A DNA stretch of 64,000 nt, from the NCBI RefSeq assembly GCF_058153355.1, contig NZ_CM177019.1. One strand, given 5' to 3'. Below are positions 31,761 to 40,784 of this stretch, piece by piece. Position numbers and translations under genes: made by a program. The notes beneath the pieces were generated by a model, which was not told the origin of the DNA, made no database searches, and worked only from the letters and a program-made list of their open reading frames with translations. Position 1 is the stretch's first letter; each line of letters opens with the position of its first letter.

Positions 31761-32220
31761 TTACCACCCCACCAGCCTCTTTAAATCGGGCAATCAGGTC
31801 ACCGATTTTATGTTCATACTGACCGTAACCTGCGCCCGGCAGTGAAGCCCAGATATTGCTGCAACGATCGATAGCCTGACGGATATCACCGCGATCAATC
31901 ATCGGTAAAGCGCCACGCTCTTTAATCTGCTGCAATGCCACTGCGTCCTGGCTTTTGGGGGAGAAGTCTTTCAGACCAAGCTGTTTACGGTAAGCATCCC
32001 ACCATCGGGAAAGAATCTGGTAGCGTCCAGCAGCCGTTGATTTAAGTTTTGGGTTTAGCGTGACAAGTTTGCGAGGGTGGTCGGAGTAATCAGTGAAGAG
32101 TTCACCACCGACAATAACGTCATAACCGTGGTTACATGTCGGTTGCCGTCCATTATCCGTTCCTTCTGACCATGCCACCATATCGAGGAAAGCTTTACGC
32201 TGGGAATTTAGTACCTGCAT
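31744..32220 (-). CDS. endolysin (lambda R-type lytic transglycosylase)
   Basis: 158 aa; near-identical over long stretches to lambda R as remembered (NQRKAFLDM.AWSEGTDNGRQ...NHGYDVIVGGELFTDYSDHPRKLVTLNPKLKST). Confidence 0.9.
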   Translation of the reverse strand: MQVLNSQRKAFLDMVAWSEGTDNGRQPTCNHGYDVIVGGELFTDYSDHPRKLVTLNPKLKSTAAGRYQILSRWWDAYRKQLGLKDFSPKSQDAVALQQIKERGALPMIDRGDIRQAIDRCSNIWASLPGAGYGQYEHKIGDLIARFKEAGGVVNEVEL

Positions 32221-32223
32221 AAA

Positions 32224-32559
32224 TTACTCCTTAGAGCCACCAAACTTGTTACCGATTACTCTCATTGCAGCCCCACGAATTGCATCGACCCCAATCAGCC
32301 CCACCCCACCACCAATGGCAACAGAAAGCGATTTAGGCCATCCGACATACTCAAGCGCGGATGCAAAGGTCAGCGTCAGAGCGCCACAGAGCAAAATTTC
32401 GAGTGTTTTTCGTTTCCAGCCGCCACCACCACCAAAATAGGCAATACGCAAACCAGCCATAACAATCGACATAATCACTGCGCCCAGCGGCGTATCTCCA
32501 CGCCACCAGCTCTGGAACAACTCCAGCCAGTCCGGCCAGGTATTTGGGTTATGAGGCAT
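32224..32559 (-). CDS. putative holin
   Basis: 111 aa with 2-3 hydrophobic helices and a charged C-terminus, immediately upstream of the endolysin. Confidence 0.6.
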   Translation of the reverse strand: MPHNPNTWPDWLELFQSWWRGDTPLGAVIMSIVMAGLRIAYFGGGGGWKRKTLEILLCGALTLTFASALEYVGWPKSLSVAIGGGVGLIGVDAIRGAAMRVIGNKFGGSKE

Positions 32560-32636
32560 TTAGTCATCTCTCACCTCGCGATTATTTGCGGGTGCTGTGT
32601 TGGAAATAAAAAGGCCAAGCAACGTGGCCACCAGAA

Positions 32637-33689
32637 TTATTTCCCCACCAGTTCACTTACCTCTTTCACCGTCTGGTTAAACCGATCTGACTCAAACTCA
32701 ACACCTAACGCCCGACGCCCCAGCGCCATTGCTGCTTTTATTGTGGAACCGGATCCCATAAAGAAATCAGCAACCAGATCGCCTGGTCGACTACTGGCAT
32801 TGATTATTTGCCGGAGCATATCCGCAGGCTTCTCACACGGATGTTTACCCGGGTAGAACTGAACGGGTTTATGCGTCCAGACGTCGGTATAAGGCACGGA
32901 AACTGATACGGAGAAATAGCGCCGGAGAGTTTTAAACTCATCCAGCAATTCAGAATATTTGCGATTCAGTGAATCATAAGATGCCACCAGCTGGTGGTGT
33001 GTGTGTTCCAGTTGTTGTTCCTGAAACTTCTCTGCCGCTATACGGGAAAACAGTGCCTGCAACTTTCGGTAGTCAGCCTCGTTCGGCAACTGCCACTGAC
33101 TGGCACCAAACCAGTGGGAAACCATATTTTTCTTACCAGTGGCTTCGGCAATCTGTTTTGCCGTTATCCCCAGTTCGGCACGAGCATCCCTGAAATACGA
33201 AATCAGCGGTGCCATTATGTGCTGTTTGAGTTCCCTTTCTTTTGCCGCATAGCCGTCACTTTTGCCGCGATATGGCCCCTGGTAATGTTCAGCAAACAGA
33301 ACGCGCTCTGTTGCGGGAAAATATGCGCGCAGACTTTCTTTATTACACCCGTTCCATCGTCCGGACGGCTTCGCCCAGATGATATGGTTAAGCACGTTGA
33401 AACGTTCACGCATCATGATCTCGATATCAGATGCGAGGCGATGTCCACAGAACAGGTAAAGGCTTCCGGCAGGTTTCAACACCCGCCAGAACTGGGCCAG
33501 ACAATGGTCCAGCCACTTAAGGTAATCTTCGTCCCCTTTCCACTGATTGTCCCAGCCGTTGGGTTTCACCTTGAAGTACGGCGGATCGGTAACAATCAGG
33601 TCAATGGAATCATCAGGCAGGGACTGAATAAAATACAGGCAATCAGCGTTGATTAAATCAGCACTGTTTATTTTTACAGTATTTTTCAT
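32637..33689 (-). CDS. DNA methyltransferase (N6-adenine or N4-cytosine, beta-class)
   Basis: 350 aa; motif IV TDPPYF near the N-terminus and AdoMet motif FFMGSGST near the C-terminus. Confidence 0.8.
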   Translation of the reverse strand: MKNTVKINSADLINADCLYFIQSLPDDSIDLIVTDPPYFKVKPNGWDNQWKGDEDYLKWLDHCLAQFWRVLKPAGSLYLFCGHRLASDIEIMMRERFNVLNHIIWAKPSGRWNGCNKESLRAYFPATERVLFAEHYQGPYRGKSDGYAAKERELKQHIMAPLISYFRDARAELGITAKQIAEATGKKNMVSHWFGASQWQLPNEADYRKLQALFSRIAAEKFQEQQLEHTHHQLVASYDSLNRKYSELLDEFKTLRRYFSVSVSVPYTDVWTHKPVQFYPGKHPCEKPADMLRQIINASSRPGDLVADFFMGSGSTIKAAMALGRRALGVEFESDRFNQTVKEVSELVGK

Positions 33690-33838
33690 GGATCAGTAAG
33701 CGTAACTCTGGTAGGCTCACTCTGCTTTTGCGCTAAAGCAGTGGGCCGAGGTTCGCTTGTGACCAGTAAGCATGAGCGAATGGCTGGCAGGTGCTACCAA
33801 CACCCACCAGCCGCCCATTTTCACAAATTAAAAGCCCT

Positions 33839-34057
33839 TCATTGCTGAAGGCGTCTGTAACAGCCGAACTGGTAATCTGCCAGCCCCGCCATAACCAGCT
33901 GGGTCAGTATTAACTGACAGCGTTCGCGTGAAAGGTATGTGTTTTGTGCTATCTCCCCGACTGTTGCCGGTTCGACGCTTAATTCATTAAAAACAACTTT
34001 CGCCGTTTCTGTCATATCTAGCTGTTTTAGCATGTCTTTTTTCCTTCTGGTTAACAT
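33839..34057 (-). CDS. small hypothetical protein, possible winged-helix DNA-binding fold
   Basis: 72-aa ORF first downstream of the late promoter/terminator; SD present; no family recognised. Confidence 0.45.
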   Translation of the reverse strand: MLTRRKKDMLKQLDMTETAKVVFNELSVEPATVGEIAQNTYLSRERCQLILTQLVMAGLADYQFGCYRRLQQ

Positions 34058-34156
34058 GACATACCAATAACTCTTGTCTAAAAAGCCAGCAAGATAAAAA
34101 GTCAGTATTCACGACCACCAGCGTGTTTACCGTACTGCCAACATCAAGGCACAAAA

Positions 34157-34180
34157 AAACCCGCTCAGCGGCGGGTTCTT
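34157..34180 (-). terminator. intrinsic terminator (tR'-like) downstream of the late promoter
   Basis: Minus-strand CCCGCCGCTGAGCGGG hairpin followed by a T7 run. Confidence 0.65.
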
Positions 34181-34223
34181 AAATCTTATCAACGGTAGAC
34201 ATACAAAGCCCATCGTTGGGACA

Positions 34224-34252
34224 ATCTTATCCATATTTTTTGAAAAATGCAA
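34224..34252 (-). promoter_or_regulatory. late promoter (PR'-like): -35 TTGCAT, 17-bp spacer, -10 TAAGAT
   Basis: Sigma70-like elements on the minus strand immediately downstream of the Q-like gene and ~45-60 nt upstream of the terminator. Confidence 0.5.
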
Positions 34253-34283
34253 GAATTATGTCGTCATCTTCGGCGAAAATCAT

Positions 34284-35036
34284 TTATCTCGTCACTTTTC
34301 TTAATTGCGTCTCAGCATATGCTTCTTCCTGCCAGCACTTTGTCACCAGTTTATCAATGACATCTGCATATCCTTTGTACCACTGATAATCCGTCAAATC
34401 TGGTACCAGTTTCTGTACATGACACCGCGCCAGTGTCGTTGGTAAACGGCTAAACCGGTTTCCATTGCAACGTCCACAAATCTTATAAACAGGCCTGCCA
34501 TGAAGCCGGGTCCTTTTTTCATCCAGGACAATACCTTTACCCTTACACCCTCTGCACGCTGTGCTGACTTCTCCCTTACCATGGCAATGCTGACACAGTT
34601 CCTTTACCCACTCTTCCTTGATAACAGATTCCCCGCTTCTGGAGTGTTTCACCACTTCGCGCAATACATTATGAAATCCAGTACCAGCACAATGCTCACA
34701 GCAAGCCTTACTTGCCGCAGACCTGGAATAATCAGCAAAGGCAAAATTCACAAGGTAAGGAATGATCTGTAGCCGGGTTTCTTCACTCAATTTGTTCAAT
34801 GTCGGGTTATCCAGTGCCATCGCGTAATTGAGCAGACCTTCAATCGCAAACTGAGGATCCTGAATACCAAGTTTTGCCAGGAATAAGGCAAACCCAAGCG
34901 GTGCTTTCGACTGCACCATCCCCTGCGCAGCCATTACATCCGTAATTGTTAAACCACCAGAGCCTGTCGCCGGTGCGTCATCGCTCAATATTGGAGATTT
35001 TGGGGAGTAATATTTCGGTAAGGCTTCAAGGTTCAT
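34284..35036 (-). CDS. antitermination protein Q-like (Cys-rich zinc-binding)
   Basis: 250 aa with CEHCAGTG...CQHCHGKGE...CRGCKGKG...CGRCNG motifs; located just upstream of the late promoter/terminator pair. Confidence 0.65.
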   Translation of the reverse strand: MNLEALPKYYSPKSPILSDDAPATGSGGLTITDVMAAQGMVQSKAPLGFALFLAKLGIQDPQFAIEGLLNYAMALDNPTLNKLSEETRLQIIPYLVNFAFADYSRSAASKACCEHCAGTGFHNVLREVVKHSRSGESVIKEEWVKELCQHCHGKGEVSTACRGCKGKGIVLDEKRTRLHGRPVYKICGRCNGNRFSRLPTTLARCHVQKLVPDLTDYQWYKGYADVIDKLVTKCWQEEAYAETQLRKVTR

Positions 35037-35049
35037 GCTCGTTCTCCAC

Positions 35050-36045
35050 TTACGCCAGTACGCCTATTGCCAGCGCACGATCGATAAAACGAAATATCAG
35101 CTCCAGCTGGGAGCCATACTTCTCTTCAAATGCCGCGGTATCCGCATGCAACTCGTCGTGATGCTTTCTGCACAAAGGCAACACAAAGAGGTCATGCGCT
35201 TTTGTACCCATTCCGCCCTGACCGTGGCCTATCAGGTGGTGGGGATCATCAGCAGGCTTTCCACAACATGCACACGGCTGTGTCTTAACCCAGCGCGTGT
35301 ACTTTTCGTTAACCCAGCGGCGACGTTTTGGGCGTAACATAAAAGACTCCGGCGACTCCGGATCCACTTTCAGCGCCAGCACCTTTTTCACTTTATCCTG
35401 GATGATGCTGGTGGCAGGAACCGAAGGAACAAGGTCACTTTCCCGGGTGACAGACGGCACAACAGGCTTCGGTAATCTCAGTGCCTTACGGGCTGCACTT
35501 TCCGGCAAGGCACCCGCCAGGTCATTACGAACCAGCCACCAGCACAGTTCCGGCATTGTCACAACGTGACTATCATCAAAACCGAGATCCCGACGCACGA
35601 CAGACAACACCCAGCGGGCACAGTTATCCGTTGCCATTGATTCCAGCCGTTCCGTGAACTGATCGCGCAGCTGGTTATCGCAGTGCCAGCACAGACGGAT
35701 TGCGCCCGGCGCGTGTCGCATTGTGGTCATGTTCTCGCTGTGCCAGTCGGAATGAGGCCACTGACAGCCATTTTCACGAAGTAACCAGCTTTCAAGACAT
35801 TCCACGCCACCAGCACGACGGATCACTGCCTCATTGCGGAACACGCCCCGAACGGCAGGATCATCCGCCAGCGGTTGTGATACCGCCGGAACGGCACCAC
35901 TGGCGAAAGATGAATAACGTTCCGGCTCAGGCTCCAGCAGGACACGCCCCTGCATAAACAGGGGCATCAGCTCTGAACCTGGTCTGAACAATACGATCCC
36001 CATACGCGGGGCAATTTCAGGGGTCAGTAATGCTCTCACGGTCAC
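35050..36045 (-). CDS. DUF968-like prophage protein (HNH-like C-terminus)
   Basis: 331 aa; C-terminal CACCGKPADDPHHLIGHGQGGMGTKAHDLFVLPLCRKHHDELH. Confidence 0.6.
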   Translation of the reverse strand: MTVRALLTPEIAPRMGIVLFRPGSELMPLFMQGRVLLEPEPERYSSFASGAVPAVSQPLADDPAVRGVFRNEAVIRRAGGVECLESWLLRENGCQWPHSDWHSENMTTMRHAPGAIRLCWHCDNQLRDQFTERLESMATDNCARWVLSVVRRDLGFDDSHVVTMPELCWWLVRNDLAGALPESAARKALRLPKPVVPSVTRESDLVPSVPATSIIQDKVKKVLALKVDPESPESFMLRPKRRRWVNEKYTRWVKTQPCACCGKPADDPHHLIGHGQGGMGTKAHDLFVLPLCRKHHDELHADTAAFEEKYGSQLELIFRFIDRALAIGVLA

Positions 36046-36046
36046 C

Positions 36047-36874
36047 TCAATGAACGGTATCGAGCAGCTTTAACAGCTCAGGGAATCGGGATTCGAAGAA
36101 ATGCGGCTGCGTCTCGCGCGGATTTGCGGGACTGGTGATGTTCTTGCCGAACATGCAGCCTTTCGCTGTCAGCGACCAGAATTTTTTGATGTTGTTAATC
36201 GCGGTACGGCTGTATCGTTCGCGTTGTTCGACGATCCCCAGCTTCGCCATCTGGTGATATGCCTGATTAGCCGTCAGGCGGATACCATACTGTTTCAGCA
36301 GTGCACTCAGCGACAGCGTAGGGCGGCTTGAACCATCTGGCGCATCAGCAGGGGCATCAATGGCATAGATCGGCATAAGTTCAGGAAGACCAGCTACCTT
36401 TGATAATTTCTGGTATGCACCAAGTTTCGAGGAGTTTGACAGATTTAGAGTCTTTGCTGCTGATTCAAGCAGAATGACCCCGGATTTGATTTTGTCGGAT
36501 ATGGTTTCTTCTGGTGATGAATTATGAAGCGCATCAAAAGTACGTATCACTTTTAAGCTGAATGCCGGGCTGATCCACATTGCATATGCATAGACCAGCT
36601 CTTTACAGACATACGTCCCACCATTGCGCCCCTGAATGGTGATGACAGGAATACTACGGGAATCTCCCGTAGTTTCTTCTTCCAATAATTCCACAAGAGC
36701 CTTCGTTTCAGGACGACGCATAAACTCGTGAACTTCCAGCGAACGGGAGGAGCGATTCTCACCAGCAGCAAGAAGAGCAGCTTTCTGAAGGTCGTTAAGA
36801 CAGTAGTTAGATTCGAAGTACTGGCGCACAGAAACGCCATCAATTACAAGCAACTGATTCATTGGTTTCTCCAC
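36047..36874 (-). CDS. KilA-N domain protein (putative antirepressor)
   Basis: 275 aa; N-terminal region with ELVYAYAMWISPAFSLKVIRTF resembles KilA-N/Bro-N; preceded by a consensus SOS box. Confidence 0.6.
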   Translation of the reverse strand: MEKPMNQLLVIDGVSVRQYFESNYCLNDLQKAALLAAGENRSSRSLEVHEFMRRPETKALVELLEEETTGDSRSIPVITIQGRNGGTYVCKELVYAYAMWISPAFSLKVIRTFDALHNSSPEETISDKIKSGVILLESAAKTLNLSNSSKLGAYQKLSKVAGLPELMPIYAIDAPADAPDGSSRPTLSLSALLKQYGIRLTANQAYHQMAKLGIVEQRERYSRTAINNIKKFWSLTAKGCMFGKNITSPANPRETQPHFFESRFPELLKLLDTVH

Positions 36875-36959
36875 AAATTTTTATCCACGAGCGGGACTGC
36901 ACTCCCTTTTCGTTGATGCAGGATGCACTTACTGCGATTTTTAATAGTTATCAAGGGCA

Positions 36960-36979
36960 TACTGTTCATAAATACAGTA
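36960..36979. promoter_or_regulatory. LexA (SOS) box TACTGTTCATAAATACAGTA
   Basis: 20-bp palindrome matching TACTGT-N8-ACAGTA at both ends; ~85 bp upstream of the KilA-N gene start, in the RusA/KilA-N intergenic region. Confidence 0.6.
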
Positions 36980-37024
36980 TCTTTAACGAGGTAATACCCA
37001 AATTTAGGGTGTTGCTCAATTCCG

Positions 37025-37420
37025 TTACCGAGTTGCTAATTTGCAACTCGCTTTTTCGTACTTACTGATAGTGATCTCGACCTTCCCTTCCGGGATAACC
37101 GGTCCCCACTCCACCAGCATTCTTTTCACCTGACTGTCGTCTTCCCACACACCCGCGTGGGTCAGAGCGTCAAACAGCGCCTTGTTATAGTTGTCCAGAT
37201 CGCGGATCCGGTTATCCGGAGGAAACAACACGATCTCCACTGAAGCAGGTGCCGACGTTGGTTTCGGCAGACGACGTAACTGCTCAACTATTGCTGCGCA
37301 CGCCGCGCTCTGGAATTTGCGCCCCGCCGCGCTTATCAGGCTTTTACCAGCAAACGCCCCTTTGTTAGGGTGTCGCCAGTACGTATTCACGCTGGGCGGG
37401 AAAGGCAGGATCAGTTTCAT
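37025..37420 (-). CDS. Holliday junction resolvase RusA-like
   Basis: 131 aa; conserved RusA pattern (PPSVNTYWRH..., DLDNYNKALFDALTHAGVWEDDSQV). Confidence 0.8.
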   Translation of the reverse strand: MKLILPFPPSVNTYWRHPNKGAFAGKSLISAAGRKFQSAACAAIVEQLRRLPKPTSAPASVEIVLFPPDNRIRDLDNYNKALFDALTHAGVWEDDSQVKRMLVEWGPVIPEGKVEITISKYEKASCKLATR

Positions 37421-37743
37421 ACTTTCAGGCCTCTCTCATGTAACCAGTGGGTTGCACGCAGCCTTGCGTTTTCCTCACCGGCAAGCAGTGAGCGGATAAT
37501 CCCGACAGCCTCGCTGTCGTCGTCCTTCACCGCGGTATGAAGCGTTATCCCCCGGGCCACGCCACGCTTTATCGTGATGACGCCTTTTTTCTCCAGTGCG
37601 CGAAGATGCTCCACCGCTGCATTCACTGAACGGTATCCCAGCATGGTTGCCACCTCCTGATTGGTTGGCGGGAAGCCACGTTCTTTCTGGTAAGAAATCA
37701 GCATATCCAGCACCTGCTGCTGGCATTGAGTTAATGTCGTCAT
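37417..37743 (-). CDS. LexA N-terminal DNA-binding-domain homologue (no peptidase domain)
   Basis: 108 aa; LTQCQQQVLDMLISYQKERGFPPTNQEVATMLGYRSVNAAVEHLRALEKKGVITIKRGVARGITL aligns with the E. coli LexA N-domain at roughly half identity; there is no S24 peptidase region. Confidence 0.7.
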   Translation of the reverse strand: MTTLTQCQQQVLDMLISYQKERGFPPTNQEVATMLGYRSVNAAVEHLRALEKKGVITIKRGVARGITLHTAVKDDDSEAVGIIRSLLAGEENARLRATHWLHERGLKV

Positions 37744-38393
37744 GCCGCCATCTCCCTGACCAGTTTTTCCGCCTGCTGGCGAACCTGCGCCAGAAAGGCC
37801 TCACCACATGCCTCAAGTTCATCGCGCCCGATGTAGCTGATTGCCGGTCCCTTCCAGGTCTTGTCGAAAACAACAATAGCACCAGCGAAGAAAGCGCCTG
37901 TCGGCACCTGCTTCTCGTCCTTCGGTATAAACCAGGCAGGCAGTTCAAAACCAATACGCCCGCGAATAAAAGCAATATGATCTGCATCTTCCGGCCACCA
38001 CACTTCGCTGGTGGCAGCTTTGATCAGGAAAACATAGCGCCCGCCTTTATCACGCATGGCACTGGCATGTTTCATGATGTAACGCATGCCGGTGATGTAT
38101 TGCCCCTCATGCTGACTGGCGCGGCTGTATGGGGGATTACCAAAGGCAGCACCTTTAAGCTCCGCAAGACGTTCTGACCAGTCATGCGCCAGCGCGTTGT
38201 CTTCCGCCGTGTAATACGCGGCACATTTGGCGTTATCACCGTCAGTGAACAGATCCAGAACAAACGGACCAAACAAGGTGTTAATTCCCCAGAAAATGTT
38301 GTCCGGCGTGCGCCACTGATCGCCCACTTCCTTCAGTTCATGGGCTGGTTTGTTCCGCAGTTCTACCAGCGCCTGGCAATATTTATTACTCAT
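37740..38393 (-). CDS. phage N6-adenine DNA methyltransferase (Dam-like)
   Basis: 217 aa with FGNPPYS catalytic motif; typical lambdoid nin-region methylase. Confidence 0.8.
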   Translation of the reverse strand: MSNKYCQALVELRNKPAHELKEVGDQWRTPDNIFWGINTLFGPFVLDLFTDGDNAKCAAYYTAEDNALAHDWSERLAELKGAAFGNPPYSRASQHEGQYITGMRYIMKHASAMRDKGGRYVFLIKAATSEVWWPEDADHIAFIRGRIGFELPAWFIPKDEKQVPTGAFFAGAIVVFDKTWKGPAISYIGRDELEACGEAFLAQVRQQAEKLVREMAA

Positions 38394-38487
38394 TAAGCCC
38401 CCACGTAAAAAGCATCCGCAATGTCTCCGGAAGTACAGCCCGGATGGGCTTCAATGAATTTCTGAACGTCATTTAACAGACTCATGA

Positions 38488-39480
38488 TCACCCCCTGAAT
38501 CCTGCCGGGATCTGGCTGTAGTCCACGTTGTCGTAACTGGCTTTGAAGTACGGGTCTTCACGTTTTTCTGTGTGCGTGCTGACGGACGGCGATAAGCGCA
38601 GGGAAAGCTCATCCCATTTTTCCCGCAACTTCGACGGGCTGAGCACGTTACGGCACCAGAACGGATCGCGGCTGACGCGGCTGTACATCTCGCAGATTTG
38701 TTTGTGAGTACGACCATCCTGCACACACATCAGGCGAATTTCGTTTGCCCATGCTGTCCAGTTCGGTTCTTTGGGACGAACCACCTCGCCGTCACATTCG
38801 GCGGCCTGCTCGTACAGGGCGATGATTTTTTTCCAGAGCCACTGTGCGCAGGTCAAATCATCCTGCGTTCCCCACTGGCGCTTTTTAGGGCTGAATACAA
38901 CCGCATCAGGATGGCGAGTTAAAAACTCCTGTTCAGCCGTTTGCGTGTCCGGTTGCGAAGCGTCCGGACGAGAAGAGGTTTTATTCTCTGTAGTAATCTC
39001 TGTTGTATTCTCTGTAAGATCATTGGGCCATTTTGACCCGATGACAGCGTGTCGTTTTGAACCAATGGATCGTGTCATTTTGCGCCCATCCATCAGGTCA
39101 CTTTGACCCGATGGAGAAGTGCATTTTGACCTGATGGATTCGTTCACTTTGACCTCTTCTAAAAGCTCACTTTCATAGTTGATCGTGTAGAAGTTGGTCA
39201 TGTCACGCTTCGATTTATTGAGTTGCTCGCGACGCAAAACCCCAAGTGATTTCAAGCTTGCAAATGTGCGTTTCAGAGTGGACTCTGACCAGAACGGAAA
39301 CTGCTCCAGCCACTGTTCTGTCGTGTTATAAACCCAGCGAATTCCGCCATGCTCTGTGCCTGAATTCGTTTCATTCAGCCAGTAATGAAGCTGCTGCAAC
39401 ACAATTGCCTCATTCAGACCAATACGGCATGCAAGATCACGATTTATCACAATGGGCTGGGATGTCATTAACAGGCTCAT
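38488..39480 (-). CDS. replication initiator/replisome organiser with DnaT-like C-terminus; origin iterons embedded
   Basis: 330 aa; internal iterons; C-terminus ...NVDYSQIPAGFRG mirrors the host DnaT C-terminus ...[10 protein letters not shown] present in this window. Confidence 0.7.
   Translation of the reverse strand: MSLLMTSQPIVINRDLACRIGLNEAIVLQQLHYWLNETNSGTEHGGIRWVYNTTEQWLEQFPFWSESTLKRTFASLKSLGVLRREQLNKSKRDMTNFYTINYESELLEEVKVNESIRSKCTSPSGQSDLMDGRKMTRSIGSKRHAVIGSKWPNDLTENTTEITTENKTSSRPDASQPDTQTAEQEFLTRHPDAVVFSPKKRQWGTQDDLTCAQWLWKKIIALYEQAAECDGEVVRPKEPNWTAWANEIRLMCVQDGRTHKQICEMYSRVSRDPFWCRNVLSPSKLREKWDELSLRLSPSVSTHTEKREDPYFKASYDNVDYSQIPAGFRG
39028..39157. repeat. phage replication origin iterons: six direct repeats, core TTTGACC(C/T)GATGG, ~23.5 bp period
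   Basis: Repeat cores start near 39031, 39055, 39078, 39101, 39125 and 39148; located inside the initiator gene as lambda ori is inside O. Confidence 0.7.
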
Positions 39481-39489
39481 GACCGACCT

Positions 39490-39828
39490 CTATTTCCCTG
39501 AATTTACGACGAAACTGTTCGAGCGGACTGAAGCATTCATGTTCATAGCCTTCACGGAGGTAGATAACCCGTTGTGTTTCCGGCTCCCAACGAATGACTC
39601 TGACGGGCACTCCGTAGTGATCTTTGAACCAGCGGTTAACTTGTCGCAAAGGACTGTCTCCTTCTGCCGGTTGAAATCACCCACAGCCCACTCTGCAAAG
39701 CTGTGGGTTACAATTTCCCTGTCACCTGGTACATTCACTGCATAGCAATACTCCACCTTCGCTTTTCCACCCGGTACAGGAAGCGCAATCAGTTGCGAGC
39801 GACGGTAGTGTGTTGTTAAACTGTTCAT
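39490..39828 (-). CDS. hypothetical early protein
   Basis: 112 aa; ATG overlaps the stop of the upstream gene (ATGA coupling) and the stop lies 9 bp before the initiator start. Confidence 0.5.
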   Translation of the reverse strand: MNSLTTHYRRSQLIALPVPGGKAKVEYCYAVNVPGDREIVTHSFAEWAVGDFNRQKETVLCDKLTAGSKITTECPSESFVGSRKHNGLSTSVKAMNMNASVRSNSFVVNSGK

Positions 39829-40409
39829 GCGTTAGTTTCTCCACAGACACAAAACGCCACGACGCCCGGAGCTGCACACTCGCGGGCGTCACTCTTTTCT
39901 GGAGCGCAAAAGATTTTGTAGACCAGTGCTGCATGCTCCTGGAGCTTCGAAATTGACAGATACAACTCATCATTAATTACTGTCTGCTCGTGTGGCTCCA
40001 CTACCCCATCTTCGATTGCCGAACGAATCTGCTTTGAGTAACTCCCGATCTGTTCGATGACTTCCAGCAGACGCTGGTTTATATCGGCGTTCTCTACTTC
40101 CTCAATTTCAGGAAGCGATACAAACACCCCACCAGCAGACTGTGCGACAGCATCCGCAATGTAGTGAGTGCCAGCCGCGCGCTGTAAAATCATTGCCCAT
40201 CCCAGCGGGAAAATCTGATCGCCATCTGCACGAAGGCGGTTGAATAAAGCGTTCTCTGTTACATCCAGCCACTCAGCAGCTTCAGCGTAACCTCCCGGCA
40301 ACGCCGCGATAGTTTTTCTGACAGCTTTCACGTACCACTCAGGCTGTTTTTCTACTTTCCAGTGATGCTTACCCACGGCTATCTCCTTAAAACTGTGGTT
40401 ACTTTCCAT
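39825..40409 (-). CDS. early regulatory protein (YdaT/CII-like position)
   Basis: 194 aa directly downstream of the Cro-like gene; resembles Rac-type YdaT as far as memory allows. Confidence 0.5.
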   Translation of the reverse strand: MESNHSFKEIAVGKHHWKVEKQPEWYVKAVRKTIAALPGGYAEAAEWLDVTENALFNRLRADGDQIFPLGWAMILQRAAGTHYIADAVAQSAGGVFVSLPEIEEVENADINQRLLEVIEQIGSYSKQIRSAIEDGVVEPHEQTVINDELYLSISKLQEHAALVYKIFCAPEKSDARECAAPGVVAFCVCGETNA

Positions 40410-40647
40410 CAGATAAGTCTTTAATCTTTTGAAAAATATCTGGACGTAATTTTTCTTTTGATACGCCAGTGGTCATTTCAATGAATATCGAGAGCTTTGC
40501 AGGGGGACGCTTTTCTCTGTTCAACCAGTTCCAGACATGTTGTTGCTTTACTAAACGACCACTGCTGGCTGTGAGCTTCCGAGCCAATTCTGATTGACCA
40601 CCAGCCAGAGCGATTGCCTCTGATAAGGCTAATTGCTCAGGTGTCAT
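40399..40647 (-). CDS. Cro-like HTH regulator (YdaS-like)
   Basis: 82 aa, divergent from the CI-like repressor across an operator region. Confidence 0.7.
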   Translation of the reverse strand: MTPEQLALSEAIALAGGQSELARKLTASSGRLVKQQHVWNWLNREKRPPAKLSIFIEMTTGVSKEKLRPDIFQKIKDLSDGK

Positions 40648-40650
40648 AGC

Positions 40651-40784
40651 TTTCTCCTATCTGTAAGTAGTAAAGTTGTTGATAACTTCGATTATACAAC
40701 TACAACAACTTTTATTACAACTTTTAGATGTTGGAAAGCTAAAACATAAAGTTGTAACCTCAATAAAAACGAGGGGGATATGTT
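40651..40784. promoter_or_regulatory. OR-like operator/promoter region with repeated AAGTTGT / ACAACTT half-sites
   Basis: Divergent intergenic region between cro-like and cI-like genes with at least four copies of the heptamer in both orientations; the same motif recurs at 41650..41700. Confidence 0.55.

Noticed and set aside
38393-38485. 30-codon minus-strand ORF between the replication initiator and the Dam-like methylase
   Set aside because: Well placed for translational coupling but very short and with no recognisable features; not called without conservation evidence.
39437-39649. 70-aa ORF overlapping the 39490..39828 gene in another frame
   Set aside because: Begins with TTG in the track, overlaps ~160 bp of a gene that has clean translational-coupling context at both ends; cannot exclude that it is real, but the 112-aa frame is preferred.
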